Origin: Octopus sinensis
Lineage: Eukaryota
Length of the DNA stretch: 64,000 nt
Direction: 5' to 3'
NCBI RefSeq assembly: GCF_006345805.1
Contig: NC_042997.1
Location: 117,800,001 to 117,864,000 of the forward strand
The position numbers and the translations under genes were made by a program. Below are positions 1 to 11,363 of the stretch, one piece after another (within the stretch, counting starts at the first letter, position 1; each line of letters starts with the position of its first letter). The notes under the pieces were generated by a model, which searched no databases, was not told the origin of the DNA, and saw only the letters and a program-made list of their open reading frames with translations.

Positions 1-141
1 TCGACAAATTAAATTTAAATGATGAAGTGAAACTAATGGCTTGTGTTCTTAAATGGCTTACAAACATCTTCCATACTGCAATTGTTTTTGTATCAACACA
101 TGATCTCAGATCAAGCCACCTGCTATGCAAGAACATCTCCG

Positions 142-172
<31 letters not shown>

Positions 173-1562
173 TATTCATTTAAAAGAAGAAGCAAACAGA
201 CATTGGGAAGTTAATCAGTGTTCATTATTAATAAATTGGCCATCTTCAGTCAGCTAAAATGAATTCACAAACACACATAGAGAATCCAAATGAACATGTT
301 TTTTCCTTCTTTCCTCTGATATTATGCTCATGTCGTATAAATGTAAATTAATAGAAACGGCACTAAGTGAAGATGACCAATTTGCTGTTAATAATAAACA
401 ATTATTAACTTCACAAATCTCCATTTTCTTCTTTTAAATGAATATAAGCTATGTTTTTATATATACTTATTATTTTAAGGAAATTCATTCCCCAAAAATA
501 TTAAGTACCGAACCAATATTTCCTTGGATGAAACCATCCCTTTATGAGGTTAACACAACCGCTAATTAAATTTATTAAACATACATATATAAGGGGAGAG
601 AGACAAACCCATGGCAGCATGGAAAACAGACATATGATCATGATATACATGTTTGTATACTAGAAGAGTCTAGTCGAACAAATCAACTCCGGTACTTATT
701 TTTTGACCCTGATATTCATTCTATCAGACTCTTTTACCGAACTGCTAAGTTACGTAAACAAACCAACACTGGTTATCAAACGGTAGATGGAGGACACACA
801 CACAGGATAGTTTGCACCTACCAAGACATTGCTCAACCGGAAGCTGTAATTGAAAACACGTCCTCAAGGTGAAGCACAGTGGGACTGAACTCGAAAACTA
901 CGTGGCTGCAAAGCAAGCTCCGTAACCACACAGCCATGCCTGTGCCTATATAAACAATTTACATAAATTTTACATATATATAATTTGCCGAATTCCATTT
1001 TGATAATAAACTATTGTTCAACCACTAATCCAAAAGGAGTTTCGAGGGCAATTTCCACCTTGAATCGTTAATACACATACTTCAACAGTTAGTTTTCGTT
1101 CTATACCCTAGCTACCTTGGTGATTGATTGGGTTATGAAAGAAGTTCACTGCCCTGCTAAATGTTGACACACCCAATAACATAATATCATACCTATTAAC
1201 TGTGAAAAGTAAACTTGAGTGACCCAAACATCAACTTATCCTGTTTTTAGTTACACCAAACTACATTTTCCCTAAAAAGCTGAGATTCGGCGGCAAATAT
1301 TTCAACAAAGTAAAACCGGTTTGACCCCCCCCCCCCATACCCGAACATAAAGCACAAAGAAAAATGTAAACTAAAATTAGTATGTCATAAGTAGATTACT
1401 ATTTCATAAAAACAAAAAAATTGCAAAATCAATGTCAATTGATACACACAACACTGTGTCACTTATTTTCACCGACAGATAATCTTTTATTTACTTGGGT
1501 GAGAGAAAAATTTAGAAAAAGAAAAAAAAATACGGATTGGATCGAAATAGTGATATCAACGA

Positions 1563-1712
1563 CCGGCGCAGGAGCGGTTGCGTGGTAAATGTGCATCCCA
1601 ACCATTGCGTGGCACCTTGGGCAAGTGTCTTCTACTCTAGCCTCAGGCTGACCAAAGCCTTGAGTAGATTTGGTAGGCGGAAACTGAAAGAAGTCCATCG
1701 TATTTCTGTGAT
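1563..1712 (+). mobile_element. tRNA-derived SINE, family A (representative; internally deleted head)
   Basis: Shares GGCACCTTGGGCAAGTGTCTTCTACT-TAGCCTC-GG-GACCAAAGCCTTG-GAGT-GATTTGGTAG-GGAAACTGAAAGAAG with many copies, for example 670-947(-), 2501-2800(-), 12513-12830(-), 14925-15320(-), 26195-26480(-), 31300-31465(-), 57435-57590(-), 60351-60500(-) and 61921-62070(+). Confidence 0.8.
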
Positions 1713-1877
1713 GATTAAAAAAATTAGGCTACATAGCTGAAAACTTGTATGGCGCCAACGACCGAAAATAAACACCCGGATGCATCCTTAATAGTAAATG
1801 GTCAATGTCAAAAATATTTATTAGAAGTAACTTTAAAAATCTTATCCGTCTTCAACGAACTGTAGTTCAGAGTGTGT

Positions 1878-1913
<36 letters not shown>

Positions 1914-4900
1914 TACAAACATCAATTCGAGTAAAAGCAGCCCCTATGTGGTCGCTAGAAATAGCACACAAATCGGCAGAGGTAAAGAATACACACACCA
2001 CCCGTTTTCGGCGTAATCCTAACCCTAAACACTGGTATTCTTTACCTTCGCTACACAAATCGCCCTCAAAATCATACTCACTGAAAAGGATGACAGTGAA
2101 AATAAGATGGGGTAGTCACAAATGGAATACTTCTAAATCATAAATCTGCTCGTTTAGGGTTGATTTGGAGTCAAATAACAACAAACTAGAAGCTTAGTTT
2201 AATACACTTCGTCTTCCTCGTTATAAGCAACATGAATGCATTAATTCTAAAGAAACCGGGGAGGGGGGCATTTTCAAAAATGACCAAAACCTTCTTCATT
2301 TCAAAGAAAATTGAAATTTGAAATATTAACAATATTCGAATGAATATTTCTAACCTAGAGAAGAAGCCCGCTAAAGAAATGTCATGTCGTAATGTTTATG
2401 CCTTTCTCAAGGACATCGCATGTCTGGGTGAATGAATCGAAGACGCCCCTAGAACGGAAATAAATTCACGAAATCCATATAATGCAAAATATAAATTGTA
2501 CCTTTTACTTGTTTCAGTCATTAGGCTGCGCCCATGCTGGGGCACCATCTTGAGGAATTTTAGTCGAACTCGATGCCAGTACTTTGTGGAGGTGTAATGA
2601 CACCTAACCCTGAAACTAACACTCACCTCCTCATAGCGTTATGTAGATGCATTTAAGTAGTACCCTTTTTTTAGGCCCGATACTTATTCTATCGGTCGCT
2701 TTTGCCGAACCGCTATGTTACGTGGTAGCAAACAGACAAGAACACACACACACATATATTGAACCCAGAACCATGTGGTTGGGAAGCAAATTTATCACAC
2801 ATTTTAAAAAAATTAAAATATTAAATAAGTCAATTGGAAAAGAGTGTACCAAATAATGTATCTTTCAGAGAGGAGGCTTCCTACATTATTTTTATGGGAG
2901 AAAATGAAGATCCTGCCTGTCAAGTGAAACTCTTTCACCCGGGGATGCGAACGTGGTTCACCGGTACTGTACATAGATAATGGTAGTACACTCCGAGTCT
3001 ATCAAGAAGACCCAACCAGGTCGCTATACTTGCCAAAAATAACAAACAGAGGGAGCAGGGATACGGAAAGGACATATTAGATAATGATTTCCTAGACAGC
3101 CCATGAAACCGAATGGTCACGGCTGGAATGCCTCAGATAACGGTTGACTAAAGGTTAGATAAAGTAGCTCACCCAATAATGTTAATAAACAATGTATATT
3201 AGCGACAGAGACAGTATTACCTCTCAATAAATAATAAGTTATAAACTAAATACTTTCATTATTATACATATCTTAGTGAATAAAAAAGCGAAAAGATACG
3301 AATTAGGGGCATTAGAAAAAAGTTATCACCGAAGTTGTTAATGACGGCAATGGAAATAATTGCAAAAACAATGTATTTAATCTAGATAAGTCAAGAACGG
3401 TTAATGTTTAATGACAAAAGTGAAAATATCAATCTTATTTTATGAGACGACAAAGCGGTGTGAAGGTAGTTAAAAATAGTATATTTAAACAAACAAAAAA
3501 GAACACGTGCTCGACAGCCTCTCTTCAAAATATAACACAGTCAAGGGGCATATTTTAATTCGCTTCATTTAGCCTGTAGCCATCTATCTGAATTGAAATT
3601 AAATTAATAAAGTATCTTATTTACAAATTTAGTTTTTTTTTTATTTGTTCTAAACCAGAACTTCTCGTTAAGAACTGATGAGAATACAAGTTATTCAGCT
3701 GACCTGACCACCAAAATGCTACAAACACATGAAAAGAAAAATGTTTGATAAGAAACAAGGGCACTAATGGACATTAGAAGTGGTTGAGCGCCGGACAAAA
3801 TCAAAATACATTGCAGTTGGTTCGGAGTTCAAATACTTACCGATCGATTAGATTGACAGTAGGCCTATATTAGCAATCATTGTATAGATAGTACCTTGTC
3901 AAGTTTTAGCCCAAACACTGGAAGACGGACCAATTGCCACATTAAAAAAACATGACTTTTTAGAAACAACAACCAAATTCCCTCAAATCATACAAAACTG
4001 TCTTAAAAGGGGACGGACTCATTGGACAGAGGGATGAAATCGTAAAAGATACAAGTTGGTCAGCTCTTGATCATAGAAATGTCTGATCTATGATTAAACA
4101 ATATCAGTGATTGTTAATTAATAAGATATATTACAGCTTTTAAGTGCTTTACTTCCTACTTTTGATAAAGATTCGTGATAAGTGAATAGTGAAACAGAGG
4201 AATAAATTTAAAAAAAAAAAGACTAGGAACTAATTAGACATTAATCGCGTTAATAAGTAATCCTGAAAAAAAAAGGAGGAAAAGAAAAAAACTTCTCTAA
4301 AGAAAAAGAGAAGACTGTTGATCGCAGTTTTCTGTGGAACCAGGATATTTCAAAGAGCTTGGTGTAAGAGGCAGGGCGAAGGAATATATACATTTATATG
4401 TATGTGTGTGTTAGGAAAAGGAGGTAGTTATGAGCTTCAATGTAAAACAAGCGATGAAGAAAAAAAAACAATCTTCAGTTTTTCATAGAAAGATACAACA
4501 ATAATAATGCTATTAGATTATTAGCAGGAAAAGATTCTGTGATTTCCCTATCATTACAAAAAATATTGACACACAAACTGAAGAAAGAACCGACAAATCA
4601 TTTTATATATATATATATGTGTATATGAAAGATATAATTATATATTAGATATAGATATACACACACAGCAATGATAATAAATCACTTCCACAGTTCCTTT
4701 CTACTGTGAGGCGGTGTATTTGTCTTTTCTTACATTGCAACTTCACATCGTTTGTTACAACTGGCTTTTAAGTTTAAAAAAAAAACCCCAGCAAACTTCA
4801 AACTACCAGAAATGCATATTAAGTTATGTATGTGTATACACATCCATGTATATATACATATATGTGTATATATATATATATATACACATGTATGTGTATA

Positions 4901-4956
4901 TGTGTTGAGGGAGTTGTTCGGGGATTTTCCTCGACGTATTTAGCTGAAATTCTTAC

Positions 4957-5620
4957 CGTCGGTTTGCGGGAATAATATGTATATATAATAGGCTACGAAG
5001 AAAGAAATGTCAAGATTTACATAGAAAACAGGTTATCAATCTTCTAACCTGACTACTACACAAGATTTTTCTGTGTGTATATATATCTATATTCTTTGGC
5101 CAACATTTTACAATAGAACTGAGTCACGGTTAAAAGCTTAGAAAGGGAAGCGAAAAAAAAAAAAAAAGAGACAATTCTATCTTTAATAAGCTGCACGCCG
5201 ACATGAGCAACAAATATGAGAATGGATTTAAATAGATGAATGTTTTATGTAGTTGTTAACCGCAATAAACAAGTGGAATAAGACTTACATGCGCATCATT
5301 AGCCATTGTTTCTCCGCTAAGGTTGTAGCGTTGCTCATCAGACAATCGCCATTAGAACACTGAATAGGAAAACAAGAGCGCACCCATAATTCAATGCGCC
5401 ACAATGTTGAAAAAAAAAATGTGTCGATTATTTCTTTGGTATTTACATTTGAAAATTTCCTCTAAAATAATGCTGGAATTTATTTTAAATGTACAATTGA
5501 GTTAGTGAAAGGAAAAATTGTAAACGAATAAAAATTTCTGTTCTTTCGTGATAATCGTTCCAGCAGCTCACCAAGTGAAGACATGGCGGAGAACCGGCAG
5601 TAACGGAGGTGAAGAGATAA
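4957..5620 (-). other. Candidate exons of a divergent spliced transcript (about 5620-5572, 5359-5289, 4992-4957); coding status unknown
   Basis: Minus-strand donors TTG|GTGAGC (5571), CAT|GTAAGT (5288) and ACG|GTAAGA (4956). Acceptors TTTTCCTATTCAG| (5360) and TTTCTTTCTTCGTAG| (4993). No recognisable protein. Confidence 0.4.
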
Positions 5621-6300
5621 GAAACGTCATTGCTAATATTTTTATTGATGATAACAGATTGTTGTTTTAGTTCGAAAGCGAAATTAATATTTTGAAAGGA
5701 AAACATTATTAAATCTCTTTTTATTTATAACGCGTAAGAAAGTAAAAGCGAAAAAAAAAATTCGTTGCTTTCGTAACGTTTAAATATTCACTCCGTAACT
5801 ATAATATTTAATTTAGGTTTACGTAAAAAAAAAAAAGTAGATAAATAAAAATAAATAAATAATTTTTTTTTTTCTTATTCTATTTCATTTTTTACTTTTA
5901 GTAACAACGTCGATCTTAATTTTCCAGTCGACGACGGATATTGAGGAGATATTTTTAAAAATAATTCAAGAAAAAATCTCAATACCGTTTTAAAATGGAC
6001 CAATCAGAAGGCGAATAAAGAAAATCGAAATTTCTAGTTGGGTGGTAATGGCGTTTACCTTTCTTGGAAGGAAGATCAGCCGCCACCTGCTGTTACCGTC
6101 CATTGCACAGTGAAACCAAGCAGACTATGGTGCCTTTCTCTAAATTCATCTACCGCCGTGCTTGTATTTTTATTGGAATTATTTAGGCACGTCTATGATC
6201 ATCTTCCTAATGAATCTCTTGTGAAAAGAAGCCGAATATCGTAGCCTCTCGTCATTCATTCAACGCTTTTATTTTACACAAAACTCGATCACACACACAA
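5570..6300. promoter_or_regulatory. Putative bidirectional promoter / 5' UTR region
   Basis: CpG-retaining stretch with an NF-Y-type GACCAATCAG (CCAAT at 6000-6004), a CRE-like ACGTCA near 5625 and YY1-like ATGGCG cores (5583, 6048). It lies between KMT5A exon 1 and minus-strand exon-like segments. Confidence 0.55.
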
Positions 6301-6301
6301 A

Positions 6302-6311
6302 ATGCCTATTC
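6302..6311 (+). CDS. KMT5A: KMT5A candidate coding exon 1 (M-P-I + 1 nt)
   Basis: ACAAA-ATG-CCT-ATT-C followed by the consensus donor GTAAGT at 6312. Phase 1 joins exon 18877 in frame (C+GT = Arg). It lies just downstream of a CpG-retaining promoter-like region. Confidence 0.6.
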
Positions 6312-8584
6312 GTAAGTTTCTCGCCGTTTCTTTTATATTCTGGTGACGTTTGTCAAGCTGTAGATGAGGTTTTTAGTTTGGATGTTTTAGTTTTTGCGGG
6401 TTTTATATTTTGTGGTTTTTAAACGACGTAGATGATACGAGATGAGGGAAGAAAAGAAATTTGTTTTGTTAAGAAAACTTTTGTTTTTGATCTTTCAGCA
6501 ACAATACTTGGATTATTCACATCGGGGGTTTATTAGCTGATGTAGGTGTATATAGATTTGTGTGTGTGTGTGTGTATATATTTGATTGTGTGTGTATATA
6601 TATTTGACTGTGTATATGTACATATATTTGATTGTGTGTATATGTATATATATTTGTGTGTATATGTATATATATTTGATTGTGTGTATGTATATATATT
6701 TGATTGTGTGTATGTATATATATTTGTGTGTGTATGTATATATATTTGTGTGTATATGTATATATATTCGATTGTGTGTATATGTATATATATTTGTGTG
6801 TACATGTATATATATTCGATTGTGTGTATATGTATATATATATTTGATTGTGTGTATGTGTATATATATTTGATTGTGTGTATGTGTATATATATTTGAT
6901 TGTGTGTATGTGTATATATATTTGATTGTGTGTATGTGTATATATATTTGATTGTGTGTTTGTGTATATATTTGATTGTGTATATGTATATATATTTGTG
7001 TGTATATGTATATATATTCGATTGTGTGTATATGTATATATATTCGATTGTGTGTATATGTATATATATTTGATTGTGTGTATGTGTATATATATTTGAT
7101 TGTGTGTATGTGTATATATATTTGATTGTGTGTATGTGTATATATATTTGATTGTGTGCATGTGTATGTATTTGATTGTGTGTATATGTATATATATTTG
7201 ATTGTGTGTATATGTATATATATTTGATTGTGTGTATATGTATATATATTTGATTGTGTGTATATGTATATATATTTGATTGTGTGTATATGTATATATA
7301 TTTGATTGTGTGTATATGTATATATATTTGATTGTGTGTATGTGTATATATATTTGATTGTGTGTATGTGTATATATATTTGATTGTGTGTATGTGTATA
7401 TATATTTGATTGTGTGTATGTGTATATATTTGATTGTGTGTATGTGTATATATATTTGATTGTGTGTATGTGTATATATTTGATTGTGTGTATATGTGTA
7501 TATATTTGATTGTGTGTATATGTGTATATATTTGATTGTGTGTATGTGTATATATATTTGATTGTGTGTATGTGTATATATATTTGATTGTGTGTATGTG
7601 TATATATATTTGATTGTGTGTATGTGTATATATATATTTGATTGTGTGTATGTGTATATATATATTTGATTGTGTGTATGTGTATATATATATTTGATTG
7701 TGTGTATGTGTATATTTATTTGATTGTGTGTATGTGTATATTTATTTGATTGTGTGTATGTGTATATATATTTGATTGTGTGTATGTGTATATATATTTG
7801 ATTGTGACCTTGTGTGTACGTGTATATATATTTGATTGTGTGTACGTGTATATATATTTGATTGTGTGTACGTGTATATATATTTGATTGTGTGTACGTG
7901 TGTATATATTTGATTGTGTGTATGTGTATATATATTTGATTGTGTGTATGTGTATATATATTTGATTGTGTGTATGTGTATATATATTTGATTGTGTGTA
8001 TGTGTATATATATTTGATTGTGTGTATATGTATATATATTTGATTGTGTGTATATGTATATATATTTGATTGTGCGTGTATATGTATATATATTTGATTG
8101 TGCGCGTATATGTTTGATCGTCTGTATATATATATATATTTGATTGTGTATAAGTGAGAGTATGTGTGTATGTATATATATATATTTATATAATCATATA
8201 TGATCATTCTAACAGCATGTGATCTAGTTTCATTTTTTTTCCTTCTCTATCTCAGTAAATATTATTTAAGGTTATCTCCTGTCCAACATATGTTACCTAT
8301 TTTTACCTTCTTTTTCATTTTAGACGTAAAAAGTGGCTTTAAATATATTTTTGATGAAATTTAAAAAGTTACTTTGATATATTTTTTTTAGAGGAGGGAA
8401 CGTTTTTTAATGTACTTTTTTATTATCAAACCGTGATCAGAAGTAATATTCCCGACTTTTTATGCCACAATTTAACGAATTTTACTGGTCCTTATTTTTA
8501 AAATTTTTATGTAGCTAACACCTGGACTTGTCCTTTCCCGCCATCTCAAACATTTGTGTATGTATTAATATGTACGCGTGTGTG

Positions 8585-8629
<45 letters not shown>

Positions 8630-9295
8630 GCAATAAATCTTTATTGGAGCAGTGGATCTCGAAGCACAAAGCTATAATTAATATGTAAATATTGGGTTAA
8701 AGAAACTTTTTGAGCAGAAAAAGTGAACTATGTGTGAGCTTTCCTTTCTTAAATATTAATATATAATTCGTACAATTAGTATAAATAATTAACCTTAATC
8801 AATATACAAAATTAATATGCAATCATTAATCTGCTTGTATCCATCTCACTTGACGCCGTCTTTAATTTTTCCTGGAGTCTATAAAATATAAATAAATAGC
8901 AAAGTACCACCACCATATCGCTAATGATAAACTATTGTAATTTGTGTCAGAGCAATGCTATTCATTCTGTTGTTTGCCGTTGTACCAAATGGCTGTTAAT
9001 GAACGTAAGTGTGTGGGACTTGGAAGTATGGAAGGTGAAATCTGTTGAAACACGCTATTGTTTAAGATTAGTTCGTTGATGTAACAATAAGATGGGTCTT
9101 GTTAAATAAAGTTAAAAGTTAGTTATAATTATACTTTATTATAAAATGTGCGTGCTTGTGTGTGTACGTACACATATATATATACATACATATGTATATA
9201 TTATATATACACCCATCTCAGAAAAATATAACTCGCAAAGATGTTTGTGCTTGTCCTGCCACGACGACAAGTGTTCACTGATACTGTGCGTGTGG

Positions 9296-9351
<56 letters not shown>

Positions 9352-9607
9352 GATTCCTTAAACAAGTGTAAAATATCAATTTCATATTTACGAAAGAGGA
9401 ACTGTGAGTGTAATATATTTATGTATGTATATATGCATACACACATATTCAAGATCAGATCCTCGAACAAGTTTCGTTCCACGAAATAATTCCACCAGAA
9501 TCACTTTTAAACGTTTTGATCGCAGGAATTTGCCTTTATAGCAGCAAGTTGTTGCATACATTTGTTAGTTATATGTTTGTATATTTCTACCGTGTATGTA
9601 TAATGTG

Positions 9608-9643
<36 letters not shown>

Positions 9644-11313
9644 TGTACAAACTGTTGATTATGAATCGAGCTTGAAGCATTTGTAACTATTTTACATTTA
9701 AAATCATGACCGTTATTATTGCCTTTGTTATAAGAGCGCAACGGACTGGTTTGCTGTTTGACGTCTTTTCGGAACAAATGTTACTAAATATAAGCTAAAA
9801 ATACACAGTTTATATTTATGATGATTAATCTTGTGTATTTTATGAACTAATTGGGCCCTAATGGATCCCTAATTTAGTTATGTAGTCTGTTTTGTTAATA
9901 TGAAAAACGGTTTTTGAAGACAGATTTTTTTTTTTTTACTTTATTAGAGGTGAAATGTTCGAATATTTTTGTAAGAATTTTACATTTTATATATATTAAT
10001 TATAGTGGGGTAGACCGGTTTATGGGATTTTTCGGATTTGTGTATTTCTACAAACGATATATATATATAATAGGAGGTATGTGGAAATTTTGGGTGGTCA
10101 TTATATTTTTCTCGTGACGTTAGGTTTACCTATTTACTAAAAATAATTGTGACTAGGCAAGATAAATGTGCAAGAGGTGGGAAATGGTGATTGTTCGAGT
10201 CAAACATGTCCGTCTAAATTACCAAAGCATCGTTATAATTTAAGAACGAGTGCTTGTGGGCTAATAATTTCATCAAGCTAATTGGAAACCTGTTAAATTG
10301 ATTCCTGAATATTGCTGCTAGTTAATAACTCTAAGAACTAAAATATAAAAATTCTCTGGGGTCGAATTCGAAATCGGAATATAAAATCAGGGCGAAATAT
10401 CGGTATCACCATTGCTTCACTGATCAATCGATTTGGACGAGTTTGCAACTTGGGTGTTTCGATTCTCTGTCGTTTTTCTCATCAGTTTTACTTTATTATG
10501 ATGATTAATAATGTATCGATTTCTTCTGAGACCCACAATAAACAAAGTTGGCCTTAGATTTATCTCAATGCACGCTTGACAGCTTATCTATATCTACCCA
10601 GAGTGGATGGAAGGCTAAGTCGATTTTCTTTTCTGTGCGATTTTAGACCAGAACGAAACTTTAAAAATATTAAGCATTTTGTTACATAAGCTCGACGGCG
10701 TCCTTACCGTTTCTAACCATTTCTTTATACACAGAAGTCTGAGAATCTTTACTCAGAGCTGAGGCATTTTGACAAAAAAAAAAAAACTACATCAAAGTGA
10801 TCCAAAGTAGAAGTCGAAATTGGTTAATGGAATTTTTCTTTCTTTCTTTCTTTTTTTTTTTTCTTGGTTATAAATTATGTCAACCCTTCTATGACTATCA
10901 TAACAAAACTGAGTTTGTGTTTTTTTACATTGAGACAAAGCCACGAATTAAAGATTTGAAGGGTAAAGTTAAATATTTTATAGGGCATCATGTGAAACCT
11001 CGTTTTCACGTTTCTGCCTTGTATTACAGTATTTACAAGGGAGTATTTGTAATTTGATGTTGAACAATAATCTCAAAGCTTCAATCCTAATTCCTGAAGC
11101 ACTTTTTTTTTCTCCGATTTTCTCACCAATGAGTATGTACTTCGGCAAAATAACCGTACATACTTATGTACACACACACACGTTCAAGGAAAATGCACGC
11201 CTCTCTTACATGCGTGTACAGTGTCGTTTCAAATTTGCCAGTTAACCATATAACTAATGTTGATTGCATGAAATATTTATGCATGAGGAAGTAATCTGGA
11301 TTTAAAATAATTG

Positions 11314-11363
<50 letters not shown>

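Noticed and set aside
3080-3143. Minus-strand CTGA-long hairpin-GAAA in an unclassified GC-richer block (2860-3145)
   Set aside because: The core reads CUGAGGC and no stem I is evident. The block is probably a repeat fragment, and its 61-aa ORF is unsupported.
3676-3707. TGATGA...CTGA with an internal 5-bp hairpin (box C/D or hammerhead-like)
   Set aside because: Too short for a C/D snoRNA, no GAAA after the hairpin, and on the strand opposite the candidate host transcript.
5300-5350. Minus-strand CTGATGA...hairpin...GAAA as a hammerhead or SECIS
   Set aside because: No stem I is possible for a hammerhead, and helix II is too short for a SECIS.
6517-8207. Long ORFs on both strands (up to 214 aa)
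   Set aside because: Minisatellite artefacts.
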